64,000 nucleotides of DNA, taken from Bacteroidota bacterium. Lineage in GTDB: Bacteria; Bacteroidota; Bacteroidia; JAADEI01. The stretch lies in assembly GCA_026992635.1 (NCBI GenBank), contig JALWYU010000108.1:28072-92071 (forward strand). The letters run 5' to 3'. The position numbers and the translations under genes were made by a program. The notes beneath the pieces were generated by a model. That model was not told the origin of the DNA, ran no database searches, and saw nothing but the letters and a program-made list of their open reading frames with translations. Shown piece after piece: positions 47,565 through 58,600 of this stretch. The stretch's first letter is position 1. Each line of letters opens with the position of its first letter.

Positions 47565-49994
47565 TCACCGCGTCTCCAACCGCCGAAGCTCTATGTTCTC
47601 CTGCAGTTTGGGTTTGCGCACATAACCCCTGCTCAGCGCAATTTGCACCCAGCAGATCACGAGCGGCGCACTCCATGCACGCGCAAACACCGGTGAAACA
47701 TCCAGATAAGAGGACGAGTACCACCCCTCACCCCAGTATACATTCGCCAGATTTAAATTCAGGATCTGCGCCATCGCAGGAATCGCATAAAACAACCGGA
47801 AATGCACACGGCGCTTCGCTAAAGCCTGCCCCCAACCCACAAACAACACACCATCAATCTCACGACGATAACCCTGCGGATGCACATACACTGAAGGACG
47901 ACGCTCACCATGAAGGATTAGCCTTGCCTTCATCCGCGGAAAGTGCAGCATCACAGTAGTATTCAACACCCAGCGCCTGACCACCGACTCAGCATCCTGC
48001 CACCGCGCCCGCGCTACATACCCCCCTGCTGTGAATTGAATGAAAATCCGTTTATGAACGGGTAAGAGTCCTGACAGCTGTCCTCCCACCTTTAGATAAG
48101 CGCTATGCTGAGGGACAGCCAGCAGTACCGAATCCCATAACTGATAGACCGTGTAAATCTTGCCCGGCGCATACGTCAAATAAGGCTTCAGGTAAACCCT
48201 GCCCTTCCAGAAGCGCAACTCGGCATATGCCGTGTGTTCATAGTAGGGTGTCAGGTTGGGATTGCCAGTTTGAAAAACCGCCACGCTCGTGAAGGTAGGC
48301 AAAGGTGCTTGTTGACGGGCAGTAGGAACAATCCGCTCCACCTGATAATGAACACGAAGGGCAACACCATTCTTCCACTGGCGAAAAAGACTGAGCATGG
48401 GAAAGAACTCCCAGTTCCACTCTGTGTGGAGCTGGTACAGCGACACGCCCGCCTGAAAATGAAAACGCCAGTTCTGGAGCAACGAACCTGCCAGACCTGC
48501 AAAGAGCCGGTGAGCCACAAACCGGTAACGATACAGCAGTACGTGCGAGTCGGGCTCGCTCACAACAGGCTGTGCAGTGATCTGCCGGAGGTCTGCCGCA
48601 CTCCATTTCCCCTCTAAGATGTAACCGCCCGTCCATTCATAACTCGCGCGAGGATAGCGCACGGTAAAGAATGAGTAGGTTTCCCAGCCTCGCTCATCCC
48701 GAAGTGAGTACATCTGGAGCTGTCCAGGAATGATGAGCTGGTGCTGACTGAAGGTGTGGACAGGCGTCCACTCACTCTGAATTTCAATAGCAACACCCGA
48801 AGCGAGTTTCTTCTGGTAGAAACCCGTAATATGCCAGTAACTTCTGGAAACCCGCTGGGTAATGGTCATAGAGAAGGTGTCGGGCTGAGCGCCAGCACCC
48901 GCATCCTCCCACCAGAAAAGCTGTGCCCTTCGCTGGAGATTGACCTGATCACTCTGGTGGCGCACCTTAACGCCTGTATGTTGCCCAGCACCCAGTGCAT
49001 AACTCAACACACCTTCACCGTAATTCCACCGGGTACGCATAAAGCTGTTGATTGGCAGGTTCAGTTCGGGAAGGGCTTCCCACTGCCAGCGAGAAGTTCC
49101 CACTGTCCCCTGGTAAATTGCCGGGAAGTTCTCCCCGTGATGAACACCTTCTGCCGACAATGTCCACCGGTTGAGGGTTACAGTACCTGTAAAGGACCCA
49201 TCCGTTTGCGTGTATCCCTCAGGAAGAGGAATGAAGTTGGTGCCGCCACCCGGCGAAAGCGTAACATCGTATCCGGTATAACGCCGACGTGTGATGATTT
49301 GTATGATGGCGTCATACCCCTCAAAGGTAAACCTGCCCGTAGGGACACGAATCACCTCTACGCGCTGAATCCGTTTCGGATCCATGTTCAGGACATACTG
49401 TGGTGAGCGCTCCACACCATCTACAAGATAAAGAACGTTAGATGAGCCCGCCACTTTGAGAGCGTTGGTCAGAGGATCGTAAGTGATTGTGGGCAGCTGC
49501 TGGAGGATTTCCCGCGCATGTGTATGCACACGACGCATGGAATCCGTGAGAATGTACACGTCCTTATCCAGACGCGTAACCTGAGCAGATGCCCGGATGT
49601 CCACAGCGCGCAACCGTTGCGTATCTCGCCTGAGAAGGAGAAGACCCAGATCCGTATCTTCGTTCAGGGATAAGTGATTGAGTGTATCGGACTTGTAGCC
49701 CATCGCTGAGATGACAATCCGGTAGATACCCGGGGGCAACATCAAAGTAAATTTCCCGTCAATTTGCGTAAACGTGAACCAGCGTTGTGTATCTGCAGAA
49801 AGTGCTTGCTGAGCAGTGATGGTGGCAAGGATAGGCAAACCCGTCTCCGCATCGCGTACCTGCCCTTCCACCAGCACCTGACTGTGCAGGCCGATGGGAC
49901 TGAACGTGCTTGCAAACAGCAGGATTAAAGTGCAAAGTCGCTTCCACCCATCAACAAAGCCTACACCCCTACCCCGAATTGCGATTCCCCCCAT
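47565..49994 (-). CDS. TonB-dependent receptor with an N-terminal carboxypeptidase-regulatory-like domain
   Basis: Signal peptide. CarbopepD_reg-like LVEGQVRDAETGLPILATIT...PPGIYRIVISAMGY. Plug motif VLYLVDGVERSPQYVLNMDPKRIQRVEVIRVPTGRFTFEGYDAIIQIITRR. Long beta-barrel region. Confidence 0.7.
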   Translation of the reverse strand: MGGIAIRGRGVGFVDGWKRLCTLILLFASTFSPIGLHSQVLVEGQVRDAETGLPILATITAQQALSADTQRWFTFTQIDGKFTLMLPPGIYRIVISAMGYKSDTLNHLSLNEDTDLGLLLLRRDTQRLRAVDIRASAQVTRLDKDVYILTDSMRRVHTHAREILQQLPTITYDPLTNALKVAGSSNVLYLVDGVERSPQYVLNMDPKRIQRVEVIRVPTGRFTFEGYDAIIQIITRRRYTGYDVTLSPGGGTNFIPLPEGYTQTDGSFTGTVTLNRWTLSAEGVHHGENFPAIYQGTVGTSRWQWEALPELNLPINSFMRTRWNYGEGVLSYALGAGQHTGVKVRHQSDQVNLQRRAQLFWWEDAGAGAQPDTFSMTITQRVSRSYWHITGFYQKKLASGVAIEIQSEWTPVHTFSQHQLIIPGQLQMYSLRDERGWETYSFFTVRYPRASYEWTGGYILEGKWSAADLRQITAQPVVSEPDSHVLLYRYRFVAHRLFAGLAGSLLQNWRFHFQAGVSLYQLHTEWNWEFFPMLSLFRQWKNGVALRVHYQVERIVPTARQQAPLPTFTSVAVFQTGNPNLTPYYEHTAYAELRFWKGRVYLKPYLTYAPGKIYTVYQLWDSVLLAVPQHSAYLKVGGQLSGLLPVHKRIFIQFTAGGYVARARWQDAESVVRRWVLNTTVMLHFPRMKARLILHGERRPSVYVHPQGYRREIDGVLFVGWGQALAKRRVHFRLFYAIPAMAQILNLNLANVYWGEGWYSSSYLDVSPVFARAWSAPLVICWVQIALSRGYVRKPKLQENIELRRLETR

Positions 49995-50094
49995 CCAGAT
50001 TCTTTCATTTCACTTCGGTTGCCTGAGGGTTGTCCGAGCCATTTACGTTATTGAGTAGAACGTGAAACTCTTCCTTTGAAAGAAGGTACAAAAA

Positions 50095-51018
50095 ATGGAT
50101 GAGCCGTTCTTCGTGCGACGAATCACCTTAGCACTCCTGACACACAACCGGGCAGAGGCACTGACCCGACTACTGCGCTCACTGATTGAAAATCGCGTGC
50201 TGGTTTCCAGTCCCGTTCCCATAGAAGTATTACTCCTGGACAATGGGTCAACCGTTTCACTGGACGGAGTATGCCGGGCATTTCGCGAGTGTGCCATTCG
50301 GTTTGGCTTTACTTTTCGGTATTTGCGTTCGGAAAAGAATCTGGGTTGTGCTCAGGGACGGAACATTCTGATGCGGGAAGCTACAGGCGATTGCATCGTC
50401 TTCATAGACGACGACACCGAAATTCACGACCCCCATTTCTTCGCTGCGTTTGTGGATGCCTTCCACCGAATTGAACGACTGGGTATCTACGCCTTCCCGG
50501 TCTATGAGCCAGGTTCAGCAACTGTCTTCGTGCCCCACAAGCGGAAAGCCTGGCGCCGACAACCCGCTTTCTTCACCTACATCATGTGGGGGAGTGCCCA
50601 TGCGATTCGCCGGGACCTCGCCCAGCACATCGGAGGCTACTCGCCAGTGATTGGCGACCGCGGAGAAGAATACGACCTGGCATTCAAGGTTTTGCAAGCA
50701 GGCTACCGGATCTGGTACGAGACACGAACTTTCGTCCTGCACTTTCCAGAGCGCTACCAACGGGCACCCGCCCGAAAACGCTATATAGACCAGGCAGTGC
50801 ATCGCATACTGATTGCCTGGCGCTTCTTACCCTGGCGCTTTGTACTGACCCATGCAATCCTGTGGAGTATTTTTGCGCTGGTGCGGACGCGCTCGCTCAC
50901 CGCACTGGCTCAGGTCTGGCGACTGGTTCTACAGAAAAAACGGAATTATCCCCGAACACCCTTGACCGGATGGGCTCGCCGCTACCTGAAAGAAGTACAC
51001 GCACGACTGGTGTATTAA
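50095..51018 (+). CDS. family 2 glycosyltransferase
   Basis: ITLALLTHNRAEAL...LLLDNGS...CAQGRNILMREATGDCIVFIDDDTE (DxD) is the GT-A fold GT2 pattern. Confidence 0.8.
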   Translation: MDEPFFVRRITLALLTHNRAEALTRLLRSLIENRVLVSSPVPIEVLLLDNGSTVSLDGVCRAFRECAIRFGFTFRYLRSEKNLGCAQGRNILMREATGDCIVFIDDDTEIHDPHFFAAFVDAFHRIERLGIYAFPVYEPGSATVFVPHKRKAWRRQPAFFTYIMWGSAHAIRRDLAQHIGGYSPVIGDRGEEYDLAFKVLQAGYRIWYETRTFVLHFPERYQRAPARKRYIDQAVHRILIAWRFLPWRFVLTHAILWSIFALVRTRSLTALAQVWRLVLQKKRNYPRTPLTGWARRYLKEVHARLVY

Positions 51019-51032
51019 CCTGAACAGTGAGA

Positions 51033-53876
51033 CTATCGGAATAGCGTGACATCGCCCTTATAAAAGTAGGTCCTTCGTCCACAACGGACTTGCAGATAGT
51101 ACACATACACATCGGAACGTAAAGGCTGACCCTTTACCGTGCCATCCCAACCCACTGCCGAACGAAATATTCCCTCGGCAGGCACAAACGATACATCTTC
51201 CATCGCAAAAACTTCTTCACCCCATCGTGTGTAAATCCGTAGCTCTTCAACGACTGCCGGTACAGCCCCATAGACATAGAGCACGTCATTTTTTCCATCC
51301 TGGTTGGGTGTAAACGCATTGGGTACCCAGAAACTTTGCTCTGCACACTGGGGAATCGTACTGCGAATGTAAGCATCACTATAGAGCCAGCACCCTTCAC
51401 GCGTCAACCCCTGCACTTCTATATGATACTCACCAGGTTGATGCGGTACAAAGGTCAACGTGGGGAAGCAACCCTGCGGTGCACCATCTATTGTCCAGCA
51501 GTACATGGATAAATCGTCAGGCACGGTCAGTAAAGTTACCGGTTGATCTACCAGAACCACTGTATCGCCAGGGAGAACAATTAATTCAGGAAGTGCCGCC
51601 GGCATGAATAACGCCGTATCTGTCCACATGCAGGAAGGCGAATTCACCCAGATCGTCAAGGTCAAAGCCACTGGCGTATCGGACAGGACGAGCCCCACAG
51701 AAGCACAGGTATCGCAAAGGAGCGTCCCTGCCCCCGAGGAAGAAGACCACTGGTAATGCGTAGCGGGAATTGGCGCCGAAATCCAAGCCGTATCGCCCGG
51801 ACAAACCGTATCCGAAGCAAGGGAAAAAACAGGAAACCAGCGGTTCACGCATACCGTATCTTTGGCAGGACAATTTTGATACACCGCCGTTATCGTCAAA
51901 CAGCCAATGGAATCACCCTGACCAGACGGAAAGAAAAAGCCTGTGGAAACACACGTGTCACAGGTTAGTGCGCCCTGTGCCGTGATGAGCGACCACCAAA
52001 AAGTATCTGGCGAACCCAAAAGAAAATTCGGCGTGATCCACAGGGTATCCTGCCCACAAACCTGTGTATCCTGAGGTAAATCCACAGCGTTGGTTATCAC
52101 CTGAACCCACCACGAAAAGGTATCCGTCGTCAAGCCACACTGAACCACAACATCTAAGGTATGCATCCCCGGAGGTAAAACGGCTTGAAGGGTGTCGTGA
52201 AGCACCAGTGAATCGTTCAAAAAAATCTTGTAGCAGGCACTTTGCGCGTTCTGGACAAATGCCCTGAGCGTATCGCCTGCACACAAAACTGCTCCAGGCT
52301 GCAAAACCAGCTGAGGCGTATCAATCGTACAGGCAATGCACACGAAAGAATCCTGGACAAATGGAGAGGGCATCTGAAAGTTGATTGTAGACCAAGCTGC
52401 CTGATTGGTAATGTCCTGCACATTGGGTAAGGTGGTATCCACATGGATAATGCTGGTGACATCCCGGACCTGCCACTGAGGTGTATCCACAGCACAGGTT
52501 GCAATATTGCCTGCGGTATCCGCCCGAACAATGAACGCGTCAATATAGTAGCTGGACGGTCCGCCATAACACGAAATGAGATAGCCCGTAGACAATGCCC
52601 CTACGGCTGTAACGCGCTCACGATTGTTGACATTCGGTGAAAATGCCGAAGCGCTTACTGAAAAGGACCGGACGAACTTCAGGTCACCCTGTGCCGAAAT
52701 GCGAGCAAGGAAACTTTCCCGGGGCAATGCCCGAACATCGTTATATGTCTCCATAGGAGGCATTTGATTGGTGTAGTAGATTGTGCCCACGAGCACGAAG
52801 CCACCACCCGGATGGGGAACCAGCCCTTCTATGTGCTCACGAACTGCGGGACCAGTTCCATAGGTACGTGCCCACAGGAGATTCCCTGCGGTGTCCAGGG
52901 CAATCACCAAAGCATCCCAGGGACCAGTCGTACTGCTATTCCACAGGGTTGCACTTTGCGTATAGGTTCCCAGAACGATGGTGCTCTGGTCCTGCGAAAG
53001 GGCACAATCCGTATCCCAGTAGAACCCTTCATGGTTGGGCCCACCCAGTACACGCGACCAGAGTACATTGCCATTCACATCAGTACGCAAAATCCACACG
53101 TCGTACCCACCGGCACCAACAGATCGTGTTCGCCCGCAGAGGATGTACCCCCGCTGATTCGCCAGGACATGTACAGTGGAAAATCCTTCTGTGGTATCCC
53201 ACCCATAGGTTTTTGCCCACAGGAGATTTCCACTGTAGTCCACGGCGGCTAAGATTCCCTCGTGAAGGGGAGGATTCGTCCCGGCATGGACACGACCCGC
53301 AACCATAATCCTTTGATTGGCAGGATCATCGTCTGCCCAGCTGAACGGACACGCATTGCATGAACTGCCAAAATTCAACTGCCTCGCCCAAAGAAAATTA
53401 CCTGTGTTCAAATCCACAAGAACCACCAAAGGACGTAAATCGCGCAAACCCACAATTGCCAAACGATTACCCGAAACCAACGCAACCTCCTTCCCGCCTT
53501 CACTGAGGCTCGTCCCATACAACCGATACCACAGGACATCGCCACAGGGACTGATCCGCGTGGCAAACACATCGCAGCCCCCTCCTATACTACCCCACCC
53601 CTTATACTGACCCGTCAAGACAAACGAGCCATCCGGAAGAAGCTTGCCACCCAGTCCGCCAATAATGTGATTGGTGCCCATCGTGTAATAATGTTTGACA
53701 AACGTAAAATTAGACTGCGCATGGATGCTGGATATTAGCCCCATCCAGACGACAAGATTCACACTCGCACAGGCTCCAACCAACCTTTGCAACGCCTGGA
53801 AAACGCCCAATCCTGATGAACTTTTCCGTGCTCTCTCGTCCAGATGCCCTCTTAAGCAACTGGGCACTTCCCGCAT
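51033..53876 (-). CDS. large secreted protein with a T9SS type B (gliding-motility-associated) C-terminal domain
   Basis: The C-terminus PNAFTPNQDGKNDVLYVYG...YTRWGEEVF...SDVYVYYLQV matches the CHU_C / T9SS type B CTD pattern (PNaFTPNgDGiND). The N-terminal two-thirds is a repetitive beta-rich region, possibly a propeller. Confidence 0.7.
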   Translation of the reverse strand: MREVPSCLRGHLDERARKSSSGLGVFQALQRLVGACASVNLVVWMGLISSIHAQSNFTFVKHYYTMGTNHIIGGLGGKLLPDGSFVLTGQYKGWGSIGGGCDVFATRISPCGDVLWYRLYGTSLSEGGKEVALVSGNRLAIVGLRDLRPLVVLVDLNTGNFLWARQLNFGSSCNACPFSWADDDPANQRIMVAGRVHAGTNPPLHEGILAAVDYSGNLLWAKTYGWDTTEGFSTVHVLANQRGYILCGRTRSVGAGGYDVWILRTDVNGNVLWSRVLGGPNHEGFYWDTDCALSQDQSTIVLGTYTQSATLWNSSTTGPWDALVIALDTAGNLLWARTYGTGPAVREHIEGLVPHPGGGFVLVGTIYYTNQMPPMETYNDVRALPRESFLARISAQGDLKFVRSFSVSASAFSPNVNNRERVTAVGALSTGYLISCYGGPSSYYIDAFIVRADTAGNIATCAVDTPQWQVRDVTSIIHVDTTLPNVQDITNQAAWSTINFQMPSPFVQDSFVCIACTIDTPQLVLQPGAVLCAGDTLRAFVQNAQSACYKIFLNDSLVLHDTLQAVLPPGMHTLDVVVQCGLTTDTFSWWVQVITNAVDLPQDTQVCGQDTLWITPNFLLGSPDTFWWSLITAQGALTCDTCVSTGFFFPSGQGDSIGCLTITAVYQNCPAKDTVCVNRWFPVFSLASDTVCPGDTAWISAPIPATHYQWSSSSGAGTLLCDTCASVGLVLSDTPVALTLTIWVNSPSCMWTDTALFMPAALPELIVLPGDTVVLVDQPVTLLTVPDDLSMYCWTIDGAPQGCFPTLTFVPHQPGEYHIEVQGLTREGCWLYSDAYIRSTIPQCAEQSFWVPNAFTPNQDGKNDVLYVYGAVPAVVEELRIYTRWGEEVFAMEDVSFVPAEGIFRSAVGWDGTVKGQPLRSDVYVYYLQVRCGRRTYFYKGDVTLFR

Positions 53877-53972
53877 GAGATCAATGAGTTTTGGCGATCC
53901 CTTCTTCGCTTCTAAACGCCTCCTCCTTCAGAAAAAAGTTATGCCAGTGCCAGAAATCCCAATCCCCTTCAC

Positions 53973-55517
53973 TTACCCCTTCACTACAGCCAGCGGACGT
54001 AGCCGTGCCACCTTCTTCGCTATACCTGCCTGATGGACGACGTCCACCACCTGATTCACATCCTTATAGGCAAAAGGCGCTTCCTCAGTTACGCCCCGCT
54101 TAGAATGGGCATAGACCAGAATTCCCTGTCGCCGCAATTGTTCCTTGAGCTGGTCGGCAGTGATGGATTTTCTTGCCTGGCGCCGGGATAACTGCCTGCC
54201 CGCACCATGACAGGTCGTACCAAAGGTCTGCTGGATGCTCCCTTCCGTCCCTGCTAAGACATAGGACCACGTGCCCATACTGCCGGGAATCAAAACGGGC
54301 TGACCTACACCCCGATAAGCCCCGGGAATCTCCGGATGACCAGGGGGAAAAGCCCGCGTCGCCCCCTTCCGATGAACCAGCACACGCAGGCGTTTGCCCC
54401 GAATCGTGTATTCCTCAATCTTGGCGATGTTATGCGCCACATCGTACAGGATACGAAGCCCCCCTCCTTCCTTGCCAAAAATGCGCTTCCACGCTTGCCG
54501 GATTAAATGTGTGATGACCTGGCGATTGGCAAACGCAAAATTGGCTGCCGCCTTCATTGCCGACAGATAACGCTGACCCTCCGGCGATTGAATCGGTGCA
54601 CACGCCAGCTCCCGATCCGGCAGGTCAATGCCCCAGCGCTTCAAATTTTGAAGCATCAGCCGGATATAGTCCGTGGCAACCTGATGACCCAGCCCGCGAG
54701 AACCCGTATGAATCAAAATAACCACCTGTCCATCAAACAAGCCAAACGCTTCCGCCGTCTCCAAATCATAAATTTTATCCACATACTGGATTTCCACAAA
54801 ATGGTTGCCCGAACCCATCGTTCCCAGCTGATCCGAACCTCGCTCCTTGGCATGACGAGAAACTTCCTCAGGCTGCGCCCCTTCAATTTTTCCCGTTGAC
54901 TCCAGATAGGGTAGATCCTCTGGCAAACCCATATCCTGCTCAACCGCCCAATGCGCACCCCGCTCTAAGACGCGATCCAAACTCCGACGGTCTAAGCGAA
55001 CCTGACCGCCACGTCCAACACCCGCCGGAACACGCCGAAAGATCTCCTCCGCCAACTTAGCAATGCGCCCTTCCACTTCTTTGAGGGGCAAAGAAGAAGT
55101 CAACAGCCGCACGCCACAATTGATATCATAGCCGATACCCCCAGGAGAAACTACTCCCTCCTCCCAGGAAACCGCCGCCACACCCCCAATGGGAAACCCA
55201 TACCCCTCATGAATATCGGGCATGGCAATGGCATACTGGAGAATCCCGGGGAGCGTCGCCACATTTACCAGCTGGTGAAGGGCACGGTCCTTGCGAATCT
55301 GGTCAAGCATTTCAGGGGAAGCATAGACACGGGCTGGAACACGCATGTCTTTCCGGTAATCCTGCGGAATCTCCCACAGATAAGGCTGGATAGGCTTTAA
55401 CGGAGGACTATTCCCGCTCATTGACCGCATTTTTTTCAGAAGGCATGGCTTTCTTCCGGGGGACCGGCACAACCCAACTGTTCGGAAACCCAAAGACAAA
55501 AACCATGCCAGAAACAA
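53973..55517 (-). CDS. rtcB: RNA-splicing ligase RtcB
   Basis: RtcB signature regions, including GHQVATDY, HNIAKIEEY, HRKGATRAF and TTCHGAGRQLSR. The likely start is the internal MRSMSGNSPPLKPIQPYLWEI (about 55427); the segment upstream of it in the ORF is a hydrophobic stretch probably not part of RtcB. Confidence 0.88.
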   Translation of the reverse strand: MFLAWFLSLGFRTVGLCRSPGRKPCLLKKMRSMSGNSPPLKPIQPYLWEIPQDYRKDMRVPARVYASPEMLDQIRKDRALHQLVNVATLPGILQYAIAMPDIHEGYGFPIGGVAAVSWEEGVVSPGGIGYDINCGVRLLTSSLPLKEVEGRIAKLAEEIFRRVPAGVGRGGQVRLDRRSLDRVLERGAHWAVEQDMGLPEDLPYLESTGKIEGAQPEEVSRHAKERGSDQLGTMGSGNHFVEIQYVDKIYDLETAEAFGLFDGQVVILIHTGSRGLGHQVATDYIRLMLQNLKRWGIDLPDRELACAPIQSPEGQRYLSAMKAAANFAFANRQVITHLIRQAWKRIFGKEGGGLRILYDVAHNIAKIEEYTIRGKRLRVLVHRKGATRAFPPGHPEIPGAYRGVGQPVLIPGSMGTWSYVLAGTEGSIQQTFGTTCHGAGRQLSRRQARKSITADQLKEQLRRQGILVYAHSKRGVTEEAPFAYKDVNQVVDVVHQAGIAKKVARLRPLAVVKG

Positions 55518-55614
55518 AAACAGGTGTGCGCATTCTACAGTTCCAGCATTGCATGGGATTTTTCTTTTTCATTGCTACCCTACTTTACATGTCAAGAAGC
55601 GAAATTGCAGAGGA

Positions 55615-58600
55615 AGGATGCGGTTACGAGGCGTAGTCTGGACAATCGTCATCCTGCTTTTGCTCGTCAGTATATTCCAGCTGTCGTTCACAGTGGTGGT
55701 ACGACGAGTGGAACGGTGGGCTCAGAAGGAGGCAGAAGCACGTTTCCAGCATTTGCTGGCAGAGGAAGTGCTCCAGCAGTTTCGCGAGCCCGTTGCCCGA
55801 CTCCAATACGTGGATTCTGTCCAGCAATTAATTGCCCAATATCGGCGCCACCTCTTAGACTCACTGCGCCACGAAGTGGTGTACAATTTGGGCATCGTGG
55901 AATACACCTACCTGGAATGCAAAGAGCGAGAAATTAACCTGGGCTTAGACCTGCGCGGCGGCATCAGTGTCTTGCTGCAGGTGGACATCCCGGGATTGGT
56001 CCGCGAGATGGCAGGTGCCCGTGCCGACTCAGTGTTCATGCATACGTGGGAGGTGGTCGCCCACCAGTTTTACGCAGGTGAGATTTCCGACTTTGTCAGT
56101 GCCTTCTGTGAAGCACTGACAGGTGCCAGACCTGACATCCGCCTTGCCCAGTATTTCGCCTCGCCCGAATTGCAGGGCTTGCTTTCATTGTCTGCCACCA
56201 ACGATGAAGTTTGTGAATTTTTACGGCAGGAAACCGACGACGCCCTCCACCGAACTTACAACATTCTGCGTACACGGATAGACCGGTTTGGCGTTGCCCA
56301 ACCCTTTATTACGCTGGATCCCATCAACCAGCGCATCCTGGTAGAGTTGCCCGGAATTGACGATCCTTATCGCGTACGGCGAATCCTGGAAACCACCGCA
56401 CGCCTGGAATTCTGGGAAACTTATCCGGTGGGCGAGTTTCAACCTTACCTGATAGACGCCATTGAAGTAATTGACGAAATCTGGGGACAAAAACAGAAAG
56501 GGACAGCAGACTCCGACACAGCTACTGCAACCCCTTCTCTTTCCTTAGAGGAGTTCTTCCAGGAAGAACCCGAAAACCCACAACAGGAACAACAACAAAT
56601 TCAACAGCCCAAAGAAGCCACTTTGGATAACCTGGATGAACCTGCCAAATCGCCAGATCATCCGCCAGCAGATTCGCCAGGACAATCCCCACAGCCAGCA
56701 ACCACCGACACCGACACCGGTGCCCAAGCCCTCTTACAAGCCCTGCATGCCGCCGCGGGCGCCACAGGCGAGGAAGAACCAGCAAGCCAGGTTACCAGCG
56801 TCCTGCTCCAGTATTTCATTCCGGCACAACCTCAGCAAGCGGATGACCCCACACCCATAATTGGCTATGCGTCCGGCAGGGATACAGCACGTGTCCGCCA
56901 GATGCTCACAGACCCACGCGTCCGCTCCATCTTTCCGGCAACGGCAACTTTTGCCTGGAGTGCCAAACCCGTTGACGAAGAACGCGACCTGTTCGCACTC
57001 TACGCCCTGCGTTCGCGAACCGTTCCACCCGAACCAGCCTTGACCGGGGAAGTCGTCGTTGACGCCCGTGTGGACTTTGACCCGGTGCGCGCAACCCCCT
57101 TAGTTAGCCTCACGATGAACACTGAGGGCGCACGACGCTGGCGTACGCTCACCGCAGAAAACATTGGCCGATGCATTGCGATCGTTCTGGATGGGCGCGT
57201 CTACTCCGCACCCGTTGTCCAGGAAGAGATTCCCGGGGGGCGCTCACAGATCCAGGGCGATTTCACCATTCGCGAAGCCCAGGACCTGGCAATGGTTTTG
57301 GAAACGGGACGGCTCCCCGTTCGCGTACGTGTCCTCCAGGAAGGTATTGTTGGCGCCACCCTTGGAAAGGAAGCCATTCAGCAGAGCCTGCTCGCATTGC
57401 TCCTGGGTGTTGTGCTCGTGGTCATGCTGATCATTGGCTACTATCGCGTGCCCGGCTTGCTCACCGTGGGAATCCTCTTGCTGAACCTATTTCTGATCGT
57501 GGGGATTCTGGCGTCCCTGGGCGCAACGATTACATTGCCAGGGCTGGCAGGGTTGATCCTGACCGTGGGCATGGCAGTAGACGCCAGCATCATTATCTAC
57601 GAACGCATCAAAGAAGAACTGCTCAAAGAAGGGAAAGGCTTTGCGTTAGCAATTCGCGATGGATTTCGCCAATCACGCTTTGCCATTGCCGATGCGAACA
57701 TCACAACACTGGTTGCAGGGCTCATTTTGCTGTGGGTAGGCATTGGTCCAATCCGGGGATTTGCCGTTGTGCTGATCACGGGCATTCTCACCACAATCCT
57801 GACCGCAGTGTTTCTGGCTTACGCGATTTTCACCCGATGGATTGAAAAGAAACGCGAAAAATGGTTGCAATTTGGGTGGGAAGGGCTAACCCGGCGCTTA
57901 GCAACGGCTACGTATCCCTGGATGGGGAAACGCCGCCTTTTCTACTTGATTTCAGGCGGATTGATCGCACTCAGCCTATTGGGCATCATCCTGCAGGGTT
58001 TCCGGATTGGCGTAGAATTCACTGGCGGCTATGATATTGTAGTGCGATTTGAACAGCCTGTCTCGGTAGAGGAAGTCCGACAGGCACTCACCCAGGACTG
58101 GGACGTCTCACTCTTAGTCCGAAGCTTTGGCGCAGCCAACCAGGTGAAAATCACGATGCAAGCGTGGGTTCCCCCCACCCAGGAAGCAGGCACGCCCTCC
58201 GCCGCGTCCGACAGCCTGCTCCTCTATGCCATTTACCAGCGCCTTCAACCTATCCTTGGTGAAGGAATCCCCTTTGAAGCCTTTCGTGAACACTACGTGA
58301 TGAGTTTCCACCATATTGGTCCGGCATTTGCCCGGGACCTGCGCGAAAGTGCAATTTGGGCAAGTATCCTGGGCTTGCTGTTCATGTTCCTGTACATTGC
58401 GATTCGGTTTCGGCGCTGGGAATTTGGCTTGGGTGCCGTCGCCGCACTGATCCACGACGTGTTGCTGGTCCTGGGTGCTTATGCATTGTTGCATCCCCTC
58501 ATGCCATTTGCCTTAGAAGTAAACCAGGTCTTTATCGGTGCACTGCTTACGATCATCGGGTATTCCATCAATGATACAGTCGTGGTCTTTGATCGGATTC

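Noticed and set aside
47363-47959. 198-aa +strand ORF at the 3' end of the TonB-dependent receptor gene
   Set aside because: It is antisense to the receptor's C-terminal beta-barrel coding region and has a His/Pro/Ser-rich low-complexity composition.
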